64,000 bases of DNA. Origin: Nitrososphaerota archaeon. Its GTDB lineage: Archaea > Thermoproteota > EX4484-205 > JAAOZP01. The notes under the pieces are model-generated. The model searched no databases. It saw only the letters and a program-made list of their open reading frames with translations, and had not been told where the DNA came from. The stretch is from contig JAAOZP010000017.1 of the NCBI GenBank assembly GCA_011605725.1, forward strand, positions 224,001 to 288,000, written 5' to 3'. Shown here piece after piece: positions 45,949 through 55,809 of the stretch; position 1 is the first letter of the stretch, and the number at the start of each line of letters is the position of its first letter. The translations under genes and the position numbers were made by a program.

Positions 45949-46506
45949 CTAGAAACCCGAGTACTTGTCCCTAGGCGCATTGCATACAGGACACCTCTCT
46001 GGAGGCTCTTCCCCAACATACGTGTGTCCACATGTTTGACATATCCAAACCTTGCCTTTCAAAGGCCAGTCTTTCTTTTGATCGACGTAGCCCTTAGCCT
46101 CCTTATATAGCTGAGAATGGATCTTCTCAGCCTCGTATGCCCATTTAAAGCTTAGCTCCGCAGCCTTCTCTCCCTGAAACTTCGCTACCTCCATGTAAGT
46201 CGGGTACATCTCATTAACCTCATAATCCTCTCCCATTATTCCAAGATCAAGGTTTTTAGAAGTATCCCCTGGTCCAGTTGGCGTTCCAGCAGAGACCTTA
46301 AAATCCTCTTTGTAATTCTTAAGCTTATCATAATGGTTCCTAGCATGAACGAACTCTGCAAAAGCTATTGCTTTAAACAGCCTGGCAACATTAGGAAACT
46401 TCTCGTGTTCAGCTATTTCTGCAAAAATCAAGTACCTCATATGCGCCATCGACTCTCCTGCAAAAGCGTTAAGCAGCGAATCCCTAGTAATGGGCCTCAT
46501 GGTCAT
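45949..46506 (-). CDS. rbr: Rubrerythrin
   Basis: AFAGESMA, EFVH, E..E...MY and EKIH motifs, with a C-terminal rubredoxin domain CQTCGH...CPVC. Confidence 0.93.
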   Translation of the reverse strand: MTMRPITRDSLLNAFAGESMAHMRYLIFAEIAEHEKFPNVARLFKAIAFAEFVHARNHYDKLKNYKEDFKVSAGTPTGPGDTSKNLDLGIMGEDYEVNEMYPTYMEVAKFQGEKAAELSFKWAYEAEKIHSQLYKEAKGYVDQKKDWPLKGKVWICQTCGHTYVGEEPPERCPVCNAPRDKYSGF

Positions 46507-46547
46507 GAAAACACTATTTCAATATTTAAGCATTATCCGAAAAAAAA

Positions 46548-46955
46548 TTAATCAGCCGCTGATTTCCAACCTGCTTGAAAAACATTTTTACAGATACTGC
46601 ATCTGGATACATTAATGTTTGGATTAATCTTCTTATGGTTTGTACAGAAATATTTTCTCGACAAAAAATATACTACCATTTTAGATACTTCTTCCTGAAT
46701 CGTGTATTCATCCATCTCCATTCGAACTATTTTATCCGCCAGCTTCTTAACCATATTCTGAAAATCTTTGAATTTCGTAGTTTTTACAAATACACCTCTC
46801 TCATCATTTAGATATCTGGAAACTGCTGATCGCGACAGGTTAAGAAGCTCGGCAGCGTTTTTCCTAGACATCCCTTTTTTAACGAGTTCTCTTGCAAGCG
46901 CGTTTCTTATGGACGGGACCACGTATCTATAGGCCAACTCGAAAACATTATCCAT
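46548..46955 (-). CDS. HTH transcriptional regulator with C-terminal Cys/His metal-binding motif
   Basis: VPSIRNALARELV..GMSRKNAAELLNLSRSAVSRY HTH, followed by FCTNH...CSIC. Confidence 0.8.
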   Translation of the reverse strand: MDNVFELAYRYVVPSIRNALARELVKKGMSRKNAAELLNLSRSAVSRYLNDERGVFVKTTKFKDFQNMVKKLADKIVRMEMDEYTIQEEVSKMVVYFLSRKYFCTNHKKINPNINVSRCSICKNVFQAGWKSAAD

Positions 46956-46957
46956 TG

Positions 46958-48292
46958 TTAAACCACGGTTATTCTCTTCTTCACTTCCTCAGGGTTATTA
47001 ACGACCCCCGTCAGGTCTTCGACTATTTCGACAGACCCTATATACTTACCCTCCCTACTCTTAACAGGTACTATCAATACTCTTATCACTCTGTCTCCCA
47101 TCTTGGTCCAAAATTCTCTATGTCCTGATTCTCGCTTAACTTCATCAACCGTTTTCTTAACGATGCTTTCAAGCCTCGGAGGATGGCAGTATTCGAGCCT
47201 TCTGCCTATTATCGTTTTCGTTCTAACAAAACCCTTATGCAGGAAGCTTTCACTGAAAAATTTAACCCTATCGTCAGAGTTTGCAAAGGTTATCTCTAAT
47301 GGCAGTGCCTTGAATACGGCCTTAATCTCTTCAGTATCCAGGAAACCTGTATCAAGATCAATGTCACCGGCACCCTTAACAACGTATGAGTCGGGATTGA
47401 TTCCTTGAGAAGTAATCATCATCCTGAACTCTGGCGGAAGCGAATCAACTTTCTCCCGAGACAGACCCGTATCCGCTTCATACGGCAGAATTGGTTTCGC
47501 ATTAATACTCAATTTTTCACCCTTGGTTTCAACAATATACCCAATCTTTTCGGCAATAGTAGATATGGCCGCCCATTCTCCTTCACTGAGCAGGGTTTGA
47601 ACCGTTGGATAAAGGATCTTGTTCTCCCTGAAAACCAGCTCTGAAATTTCTCTAGCCAGCTCCAAAGCCCTGTTTCCCATTTCAGTGATAAGCACTGGAT
47701 CAAACCTGTTCTCCAACCTATCTAGAAACTCTAATAGCTGCCTCAGCTTAGTCCTTACTTGATCCTCCCTCCCCCATAAAACCCTTGTTGGAGCTATTAT
47801 ACCTCTCCTCTCCAAATACGGGAATATAAGCATCTGAATCTTCCGGTAATGAAGCTTAATATTCATCAGTTTAAGAACAACGTCTTTAATTCTGGCTACG
47901 ATGTTTTTTGCATCTGAACCACTTTCCTCTTGACTTTTAAGCAGTGCAGAAGCGTAGACGGCTAGAATCTCGGATTGTTTAAGTATCAGATCATTCTCTC
48001 TTAATAATAAGTCTAAAGGATGACCTTTTGGAATATCTTTAATTTCTCTAGAATTGAGAGTATCTTTGAAGAGCTCGACGTGAAGATCACATAAATTCAA
48101 TATCTCCTCTATTCTTACACCCTCCTTAACCAACTGTTGCTCTATTAAAGGTATTTCGAAGGGAGATATTGCTGAAATGATGCGTTTATACTTATCCTTA
48201 AGCTCTTCTATGCTCTTACCCGAATGTAGCTCCTTTAGAATTTCTACAACACTCTTCGCTTTCATGTTTAAATCCAAATCATTAGTTGACAT
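46958..48292 (-). CDS. DUF438 / hemerythrin-like / PAS domain protein
   Basis: IEQQLV...LCDLH (DUF438); GHPL...HYRK..MLIFPYLE (hemerythrin-like); IIGRRLEYCHPP (PAS_10). Confidence 0.85.
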   Translation of the reverse strand: MSTNDLDLNMKAKSVVEILKELHSGKSIEELKDKYKRIISAISPFEIPLIEQQLVKEGVRIEEILNLCDLHVELFKDTLNSREIKDIPKGHPLDLLLRENDLILKQSEILAVYASALLKSQEESGSDAKNIVARIKDVVLKLMNIKLHYRKIQMLIFPYLERRGIIAPTRVLWGREDQVRTKLRQLLEFLDRLENRFDPVLITEMGNRALELAREISELVFRENKILYPTVQTLLSEGEWAAISTIAEKIGYIVETKGEKLSINAKPILPYEADTGLSREKVDSLPPEFRMMITSQGINPDSYVVKGAGDIDLDTGFLDTEEIKAVFKALPLEITFANSDDRVKFFSESFLHKGFVRTKTIIGRRLEYCHPPRLESIVKKTVDEVKRESGHREFWTKMGDRVIRVLIVPVKSREGKYIGSVEIVEDLTGVVNNPEEVKKRITVV

Positions 48293-48381
48293 GTGTCAAC
48301 ATTATCTGGTCGGCTTATAAGTGTTTCCCGAAAAACAACATGATGAAAACGCTTATAATTCTCTTTAACGCCCCGATCTGT

Positions 48382-48927
48382 ATGAATGTTCATGATGCAA
48401 TAGAAAATAGGAGGGCTTATCGTGCTATTGAACCGATAAGCGTTTCCGAAGGGCTTATTGAGGATCTTGCTTACCATGCTTCATTAGCCCCGTCGTGTTA
48501 CAATAATCAACCTTGGAGGTTTGTGTTTGTAAAGAGTCGTGAAAAGCTTGAAGAATTATATAAGGCGCTGTCAACCGGGAATAGTTGGGCTAAAAAATCA
48601 TCTTTAATCGTGGCTGTTTACTCTGAGAAGAATTACGATTGTGTTTCAAACGGGCGCGAGTATTATCTTTTTGATACAGGGATGGCTGTTGCATTCCTTA
48701 TTCTAAGGGCGACTGAGCTTGGATTGGTTGCCCATCCGATTGCAGGCTATGAGCCTGAGAAGGTTAGGAATGCCTTGGGAATTAATAAGGAGGCAACTAT
48801 AATCACTTTACTCATAATGGGAAAGCATTCTGAGAAAGCTATTGCCGATCTTTCAAGTAAACAAAGGTCTGCAGAATTAAATAGGCCCCTTCGAAAGGAT
48901 TTTGAAGAAATCGCACGAATCCTTTAG
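48382..48927 (+). CDS. Nitroreductase family protein
   Basis: AIENRRAYR, LAPSCYNNQPWRF and LRATELGL motifs. The track starts at 48286, but ATG 48382 follows a TATA at about 48352. Confidence 0.9.
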   Translation: MNVHDAIENRRAYRAIEPISVSEGLIEDLAYHASLAPSCYNNQPWRFVFVKSREKLEELYKALSTGNSWAKKSSLIVAVYSEKNYDCVSNGREYYLFDTGMAVAFLILRATELGLVAHPIAGYEPEKVRNALGINKEATIITLLIMGKHSEKAIADLSSKQRSAELNRPLRKDFEEIARIL

Positions 48928-49091
48928 AAGCAGACCAGGGGCGCTAAATATCTGTGCTTGCCGCTTTACTCCTATTTGACTTTTTAGAGGCCTAATCTAA
49001 AGAAGAAGTATATTAAACCCATCTGTTTAGGCGTTCTGCTGCACAGACGTAAAAACATTTAAACACTGAAAATATTTCTTAGACCCTATAA

Positions 49092-51497
49092 ATGAGCGTA
49101 AAAACAGGTCCTAAGATAACGGAGAAAAGATGGTCTCCTGAGATCGAGGAGGAGCTCATAAAGCTCTGGGAGAAGGAGGGTCTGTACAGGTTTGACCCAA
49201 GTAGACCAGGCGAGATATACACTATAGACACTCCTCCGCCCTATATCTCAGCCAAGTGGCACGTGGGGAGCGCGGCTCACTACACTGGAATAGACATGGT
49301 TGCCAGGTATAAGAGGCTCCTAGGCTATAACGTGCACTTTCCGATTGGTTGGGATAGAAACGGTCTGCCCGTGGAAGTAATAGTTGAGAGACAGTACAAT
49401 ATTAGGGTGAAAGATGTTGAAAGAGAGTATTTCATAAATCTATGCAAGCAGGCTCTTGACAGGGTTGAGGCTGAGGTTATAAATCAGGCTAGGAGGCTTG
49501 GACTAAGCTGCGACTTTGAAAACATGTATAGGACTGATTCCCCAGAGTATAGGAGCCTTACTCAGGAGACTTTCATAGAGCTTTGGAGACGGGGCTTAAT
49601 ATATGAGTCTGAAAGACCTACGAATTGGTGTCCAAGATGCGGTACAGCTATTGCGGATGCTGAGGTAGAGTATGTTGAAACAATGTCTAGGCTTTTCTAC
49701 ATTCTTTTCAAGGTTAAGGAGATCGGTGGGGATGTTCAAATAGCGACGACTAGGCCTGAGCTTCTGGCTGGCTGCGATGCTGTAATATTCAATCCGGCGG
49801 ATGAACGGTATTTCTGGCTTGAGGGGAAAACGCTGATAGTTCCGATCTATGGTAAGGAGGTTAGGGTTTTCGCAAACAGCTATGCTAAACCGGATTTCGG
49901 CACGGGGCTGGTGATGATTTGCAGTTACGGCGATACTTCCGACATAAGGCTGTTCCGGGAGCTAGGCTTAAAGCCAACCAGGGTGATAAACGAGAATGCC
50001 ACTTTAACGGAGGAAGCCGGTTTTCTGAAGGGTTTGAGCGTTGAGGAGGCAAGAAGGAGGATCGTGGAGGAGCTTTCCAGAAGAGGTTTACTCGTTAAGG
50101 CCGAAGAGGTTTCGCAAAGAGTCCCCGTGTGTTGGAGGTGTCAGACACGCTTAGAGTTCGTTGAGATGAGCGAGCTTTATCTTAAGCAGGAGGAGTTCAT
50201 AGATAAGGTTAGAGAGGCTTCTAGCAAAATGGTTTTCCACCCTGAGTTCATGAGGCAGATACTGGTTGACTGGATAAACAGCGTGAAAGGAGACTGGCCT
50301 ATTTCCCGAAGAAGGTACTACGCTACTGAGGTCCCTTTATGGTATTGCAGCAAGTGTGGCGAGCCGTATGTCCCTGAGCCTGGGAAATACTATCGTCCTT
50401 GGAAGGATTCTCCTCCTGAGAATGCTAGATGCAGCAAGTGTGGCGGGGCTGACTTTAAAGGTGACGGAAGGGTTCTGGACACCTGGATGGATTCAAGCAT
50501 TTCCCAGCTTTTCGTGACAGGCTACAGGAGGAATGAGGAGCTTTTTAAAAAATCCTGGATATGTTCGCTTAGACCGCAGGGCTATGAGATAATAAGGACT
50601 TGGCTGTACTACTCGATCCTTAGGACTGTTCAGCTTCTTGGCACTCCTCCCTTCAAGGAGGTTAGGATCAGCGGCCTCGGGCTGGATGAGAAGGGTGAGG
50701 CGATGCACAAGTCTAGGGGGAACGTTGTTTTTCCCGACGAGTATATTAAGAAGTACGGGGCTGATGCTTTCAGGTTTTGGGCTGCTTCAGAAGCTAAGCT
50801 TGGCTCGAACTACCGTTTCTCCGAGGAAAGGCTTAAGGGTGCTAGGCTCTTCCTAACCAAGCTGTGGAACATAGGGCGTTTCATATCTTCTTTCGAATAC
50901 TTAGACAGAAAGCCTAGGGAACTGTGTTTCCTGGATAAGCTTGCGTTAAGCGAGCTTAAAAGGGTTTTTGAAGAGGCTAAGAAAGACTATGAATCCCTGG
51001 ATTTCTATGGTCCCTCGAATCTTCTTAGGAACTATGTCTGGAGCTTTTTCGCAGACCATTACCTGGAGGCTGTTAAGCCAAGAGCCTACTTGCAGGGCAC
51101 TAGGGAAGAGGCGGAGTCAGCCTGGTATACTCTCCACAGAGTTCTAAGAGCTTGTCTAGTCGGGCTCTCACCCATCATACCGTTCATAACAGACTACTTG
51201 TTTAGAAACATTTATGGAGAGTCTGTTCTCCACCAGTCTTTCCCAGTGTTTGAGGATGTTGAGCATGTTGAAAACGAGGTTGCAGCACTCTTCATGAATG
51301 TCAACTCAGCTGTCTGGAAGTTTAAGAAAAAGCTTGGCGTTTCCCTAAACGAGGAGATTGGCTACAGGGTTTATGTCCCGGATAGGCTGAAGCCCATGGA
51401 GCATGATTTAGCAAGGATGCATAGGGTTAAAGTGTCTTACGGGTCTCCGAGTGGAGGCTTTGAGGAGGTTGACGGAGTTTTCTTCGAAAAACTCTAG
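49092..51497 (+). CDS. valS: Valine--tRNA ligase
   Basis: DTPPPY, HVGS (HIGH), ATTRPEL, GTGLVM, DWPISRRR, VLDTWMDS, LRPQGYEIIRTW and AMHKS motifs. Confidence 0.93.
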   Translation: MSVKTGPKITEKRWSPEIEEELIKLWEKEGLYRFDPSRPGEIYTIDTPPPYISAKWHVGSAAHYTGIDMVARYKRLLGYNVHFPIGWDRNGLPVEVIVERQYNIRVKDVEREYFINLCKQALDRVEAEVINQARRLGLSCDFENMYRTDSPEYRSLTQETFIELWRRGLIYESERPTNWCPRCGTAIADAEVEYVETMSRLFYILFKVKEIGGDVQIATTRPELLAGCDAVIFNPADERYFWLEGKTLIVPIYGKEVRVFANSYAKPDFGTGLVMICSYGDTSDIRLFRELGLKPTRVINENATLTEEAGFLKGLSVEEARRRIVEELSRRGLLVKAEEVSQRVPVCWRCQTRLEFVEMSELYLKQEEFIDKVREASSKMVFHPEFMRQILVDWINSVKGDWPISRRRYYATEVPLWYCSKCGEPYVPEPGKYYRPWKDSPPENARCSKCGGADFKGDGRVLDTWMDSSISQLFVTGYRRNEELFKKSWICSLRPQGYEIIRTWLYYSILRTVQLLGTPPFKEVRISGLGLDEKGEAMHKSRGNVVFPDEYIKKYGADAFRFWAASEAKLGSNYRFSEERLKGARLFLTKLWNIGRFISSFEYLDRKPRELCFLDKLALSELKRVFEEAKKDYESLDFYGPSNLLRNYVWSFFADHYLEAVKPRAYLQGTREEAESAWYTLHRVLRACLVGLSPIIPFITDYLFRNIYGESVLHQSFPVFEDVEHVENEVAALFMNVNSAVWKFKKKLGVSLNEEIGYRVYVPDRLKPMEHDLARMHRVKVSYGSPSGGFEEVDGVFFEKL

Positions 51498-52270
51498 GGA
51501 CTAATCATCCTTCTAATCTTATCCAGATAGCTGCAGAACTCCTCCAGGGTGCATGATTTGTTAAGCTGCAGTGAAACATATCCTCCATAGGCATTTGTCT
51601 TCAGCGTTTTAAACACTTTCTCTACAAAGTTTTTCTCACCGTTTTCTAAACAGGCTTCACTTACTGTCACATGGTTCACCAGGGGAACCAGTTTCTCAAG
51701 CATTTTCTCATTAAGCTTACTAAGGCTTTCTAAGTCAAGAGTTAGCCCTATCGTCTCCGACCCAATGTCTTCAATCATGGCTGCCAGCCTATCCATGTTA
51801 GAGTAAGCCTCCTTATCCGTGCTTATGCTTATCTCAACATTGTTCTTCTCAGCCGAGGAAAGAATATTCAGAAGGTTCCTATAGAGAAGTTTAAAATCTT
51901 TTTCACTATATTTTTCTCCACTAACGGGTGTAGCACTCAGCCTCAGCACTCTACAGCCGTTTTCACCGCAGAACTTTATCCAGTTTTTAACATCGTTTAA
52001 ATACTTCTCGTTACTCTTAACATCTCCCCCTAGCAGGTTGAGCTTAAGGTTTAAGACTGCGATACTGCCACCGTTGTTCCTTACCTCGTTGAAAAGCTGT
52101 AGAACCCGCTCCCTGCCTCCAGAATTCGACTCGTCGAGCTCCAGGTTTTTAACACCCTTCTCCAAGCATTTAACCAACGCTTGTTCAAAACCTATGTTCT
52201 CACCAGAGGCCAAGTGGCTTATGCTAGATGTATTAATGCAAATGTTCAATTGATTTCCCACGCCTAACAA
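51494..52270 (-). CDS. Sugar-phosphate isomerase/AP-endonuclease-2 TIM-barrel family protein, divergent
   Basis: The overall pattern (GVKNLEL, GCRVLRL, IGLTLD, AYGGYVSL) fits the family, but the canonical metal ligands appear replaced. Confidence 0.6.
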   Translation of the reverse strand: MLGVGNQLNICINTSSISHLASGENIGFEQALVKCLEKGVKNLELDESNSGGRERVLQLFNEVRNNGGSIAVLNLKLNLLGGDVKSNEKYLNDVKNWIKFCGENGCRVLRLSATPVSGEKYSEKDFKLLYRNLLNILSSAEKNNVEISISTDKEAYSNMDRLAAMIEDIGSETIGLTLDLESLSKLNEKMLEKLVPLVNHVTVSEACLENGEKNFVEKVFKTLKTNAYGGYVSLQLNKSCTLEEFCSYLDKIRRMISP

Positions 52271-52485
52271 GTTTCAACACGAATGTTTAACATTCCTCTC
52301 CCCATGTCTGTGAACTGCAGGTTTTACTGTGACGCTTCTCTAGAGGTTTGCTTACGCTACGCTTTTTCGAAGACGGGTTATCCGTATATGCTCCGCTTAC
52401 CATGTTCTGAGCGAGAGATTTATTAGCCACTCTTATTTTAAGCTTTTCCTCCCGCGAGAGGATTCTGCGGAAGATGAAACACGCG

Positions 52486-53883
52486 TCAAAGTATATAGGT
52501 TATCGTGCCCTCCTTAGAGTCTTCAACCAGTATTCCGATCTTTTTAAGGTCGTTCCGAATCCTGTCGGCAAGACTGTAATCCCCAGAAGCCCGAGCCTCT
52601 TCCCTAAGCCTAACCAGTATTTCCGTAAGCCTCCTCTCCCTCTCCGTGGCTTTTTCAACACCCTCCTGGAAGAACCCGAGCATCCTCCAAAGCCTGGAAA
52701 ACCGGTGTAGAAGGCTTTTCGAAACATTATTCCTGCTCGAATCCTCGAGAATCCTGTTGGCAGCATCCATAAGCGTCGCGATAGCGCGAGGCGTGTTGAA
52801 ATCGTTGCATAAATGGTTTAAAACCTGGTTTTCAAGCTCATCAGCCTCCCTGCTCTCACCCTCCTCCCCCTCTCCAAGCCTAACTAGGATTCTCCTAACC
52901 CTGTCAAGCCCCTTTTTAGCAGCCTCTAGGGACCGCTCACTGTAATCCAACGGGCTCCGGTAATGCGTTGAAAGAACGTAGAACCTGAGAGTGTCGGGGT
53001 CAAACCTGTTTAAAACCTCTCTGACCGTCACATAGTTTTTAAGGCTCTTCGACATTTTCTCTCCTCCAACATTTAAAAGCCCATGGTGCATCCATATCTG
53101 TACGAACCTCTTCCCAGTTAATGCTTCGGATTGCGCTCTCTCATTCTCATGATGAGGGAAAACAAGCTCCGTGCCGCCTGCATGTATGTCAAGGGTTTCA
53201 CCCAGGTACTTCATGGCCATCACGCTGCACTCGATATGCCACCCTGGCCTACCTCTCCCCCACGGGCTCTCCCAAGAAGCCTCCCCTGGCTTAGCTGCTT
53301 TCCAAAGTGCAAAGTCAAGCGGATCCCTCTTGTTCTCGCCTGGCTCAACCCTAGCGCCTGCAAGGATATTATCCAGTGATTGGCTTGAAAGCTCCCCGTA
53401 GCCTTGATACTTCCGCACGGAGAAGTAGACGTTGCCGTGAGACTCGTAAGCATAGCCTTTCTCCATCAGCTTCCCCACGAATCCTATTATGTCGGGAATA
53501 TGGTCAGTCACCCTGGGGTTGAAAGTGGGAAGTCTTATTCCGAGTCTCAGAGTATCGATGAAATACTCAACCGTGTATTGGAGTGCAACCTCGCTAGCAG
53601 GCCTACCCTCCTCGACAGACCTACTTATTATCTTGTCGTCGACATCAGTAATGTTTCTCACGAAGATAACCCGGTAACCCAAATACTCTAGAAATCTTCT
53701 AAACGAGTCGTAGATTATTTCCGACCGGGCGTGGCCAAGATGAGCTACATCGTAGACAGTGGGGCCGCACACGTACATTCTGACCTCTCCAGGATGTATT
53801 GGAACCAGTTTCTCAACCTTCTTCGTTAAAGTGTTGTAGATGAAAACATCCATGAGGCTTTTCCCAGCCTTGTCCACACTCAT
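52486..53883 (-). CDS. cysS: Cysteine--tRNA ligase
   Basis: YVCGPTVYD.AHLGH, GRPGWHIEC, FPHHENE and KMSKS motifs. The start is 53883 or 53853 (track gives 53919). Confidence 0.95.
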   Translation of the reverse strand: MSVDKAGKSLMDVFIYNTLTKKVEKLVPIHPGEVRMYVCGPTVYDVAHLGHARSEIIYDSFRRFLEYLGYRVIFVRNITDVDDKIISRSVEEGRPASEVALQYTVEYFIDTLRLGIRLPTFNPRVTDHIPDIIGFVGKLMEKGYAYESHGNVYFSVRKYQGYGELSSQSLDNILAGARVEPGENKRDPLDFALWKAAKPGEASWESPWGRGRPGWHIECSVMAMKYLGETLDIHAGGTELVFPHHENERAQSEALTGKRFVQIWMHHGLLNVGGEKMSKSLKNYVTVREVLNRFDPDTLRFYVLSTHYRSPLDYSERSLEAAKKGLDRVRRILVRLGEGEEGESREADELENQVLNHLCNDFNTPRAIATLMDAANRILEDSSRNNVSKSLLHRFSRLWRMLGFFQEGVEKATERERRLTEILVRLREEARASGDYSLADRIRNDLKKIGILVEDSKEGTITYIL

Positions 53884-54110
53884 TCTCCTGACGGTTTCCA
53901 TTTTATTCTTTTTAAGCATTCCGTGGAAATATAGCTGCGTATTATAATGAAAAATAGGCTTATTTTTAGCTTGAATATCAAGCGTATGCTTAAAGATGCT
54001 TTAGTTGAAAAATGCTCCATCGTGAGCCAGTGTGCCCCCGCGTCAGAAATCCATAAACTAAGGAAGCGTTGAAAAATAGAGCGCGCGCTTCTCCCAACAG
54101 TTCCCATTCA

Positions 54111-55400
54111 TCATTCTCTCAAATACTCTGTTATCCTTCTTCTCTCCCTAATATTCCTGAGAAGCCTGCTTTCCTTAATTATGAGCCCCCAAGGCGTCCT
54201 AAGCCTCTTCATAGCATGGGTTAAAGCGTTTTCAAGGTTTCCGAAAACAGTGGGCTTTCCAGCCAGGGCTTTTCTGACATTCTCCCTAACCAGCCAGACT
54301 CCTGCTGGCAGAAGGTATCCTGGTCCTGCTTCCCTAAGCACCAGCACGGCTGCCTGCCGCCTAACCCTTTTTAGATGCTCGACGACTGCAAGCCTAGCAG
54401 CATAGTAGCAGCCGCCTATCCTAGCGTAGGTTGTTCTCCCTTCAACATCCTCATAGTCTGAGCCTATAGCGACATTCTCCCCACCCCCTATGTTCCAGAC
54501 AGAGCCCGGGTGAAACATTTCGATGAACTCGTAGCACCATTTTCCAGGCATTACGACAACTATGAACCTGTTGTCAATATGCTGGGACTCGTAAACCATG
54601 TACTCCCCGACCTCGGGATATTCTCTGAGGCTCTCAATCATTCTCTCCGCCAGAATGCTGTCCACCGCAGTTATGCTCCACCTTGTTGGGACAAGCCGTC
54701 TGCGCCTACCTATTCCGAAGACAGCTGCGCTCAAAGCCTTTTGAATGGATGAAACAGGAACTCCTGCAGAGTATGCGTTGTAGACTGCTTCTGAAGCCTT
54801 AAGATCCTCATCGTAATATGCTTTCTCAATCACCCGGTTAACCTTGATGCTGCCCGCCTCAAGCCTCTCCACAAGCCCGTAGGGACCGAATGGTTGAGCA
54901 TCCTCGTCGAGGATGAGACGCGCCTTAACCGGCTTGGAGAACTCTAGGGACGCCTCTATAGGTTGGCTTGCCATCGCCATCTCTTGCGTTAGCCCGAAAA
55001 GCCTCCCTGCTTCCCAAGGATTGTTAACGTTAACTCTGAAGATTCCCCTTACGAGGCTAGACCTATACTCTATAAGCTTATCCAGATCTATACTCCACCA
55101 GTATTCAGGCTGGTCAAGAACACTAGTGTCTCCGAAGAAAGGAGGAACAAGAGGCCCAACGCCGACCTTCGGATAGCCTATTCTTCCCACGAAGACCCCG
55201 GGAGGGGAAGACCCATCCATCGCCGTCCTGCTTTCAAGCCTTAGACTAACCACTGGTTGAAGCTTGCTGTAGCGGAGCATTATGGGGCACTGCTTTCTCC
55301 CACAGAGGGCTCTCGAGCCTAGACAGTATATGCATTGGCTTCCGCTGGGCGCATGAACCTCTACTCCACCGGAGGAAGCCCAGGGGAGTAAGGGTTGCAT
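54111..55400 (-). CDS. nreA: Nre family DNA repair protein
   Basis: CxxC...C...C N-terminus, SPPGVFVGRIGYPKV, RRLVPTRWSITAVD and GGCYYA motifs, with a C-terminal PIP-like RRITEYL. Confidence 0.9.
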   Translation of the reverse strand: MQPLLPWASSGGVEVHAPSGSQCIYCLGSRALCGRKQCPIMLRYSKLQPVVSLRLESRTAMDGSSPPGVFVGRIGYPKVGVGPLVPPFFGDTSVLDQPEYWWSIDLDKLIEYRSSLVRGIFRVNVNNPWEAGRLFGLTQEMAMASQPIEASLEFSKPVKARLILDEDAQPFGPYGLVERLEAGSIKVNRVIEKAYYDEDLKASEAVYNAYSAGVPVSSIQKALSAAVFGIGRRRRLVPTRWSITAVDSILAERMIESLREYPEVGEYMVYESQHIDNRFIVVVMPGKWCYEFIEMFHPGSVWNIGGGENVAIGSDYEDVEGRTTYARIGGCYYAARLAVVEHLKRVRRQAAVLVLREAGPGYLLPAGVWLVRENVRKALAGKPTVFGNLENALTHAMKRLRTPWGLIIKESRLLRNIRERRRITEYLRE

Positions 55401-55403
55401 GTC

Positions 55404-55796
55404 TTATTCAACCGGTATTCTTCTACCGCGCTTCTTCTTCGTCAATATCACTTCCAGAATACCGTTGTAGTATCTTGCTTTAGCAGGCTCCTCCTCAACC
55501 TTCGTCGGAAGAGGTATTCTAACGCTGTAGTACAATGGGGTTTCCTTGAAAAGCCTCCTCACCGAGGGAGTCTCCTTCCTGCACAATCCTTCGACGACAA
55601 GAGAATCCTCGTAAAGCGTCAGCTTAATATCGTCCTTCTCAACCCCAGGCAGGTCTACACTGATCCTTATCTCGTTCTCGCTTTCAACAATGTTATACAG
55701 CGGTTCCACGCATCCCATGCGTCTAGCCCTCCGCCTCCCAAGGTCCTCCTCGAACACCACCCGCATCTCGTCGAAGAACCTTTCAAAATCCTCCAT
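55404..55796 (-). CDS. Small heat-shock protein (Hsp20)
   Basis: VDLPGVEKDDI and AKARYYNGILEV motifs, with a C-terminal IPV (IxI/V). Confidence 0.92.
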   Translation of the reverse strand: MEDFERFFDEMRVVFEEDLGRRRARRMGCVEPLYNIVESENEIRISVDLPGVEKDDIKLTLYEDSLVVEGLCRKETPSVRRLFKETPLYYSVRIPLPTKVEEEPAKARYYNGILEVILTKKKRGRRIPVE

Positions 55797-55809
55797 TCTC
55801 TCTCACCTC

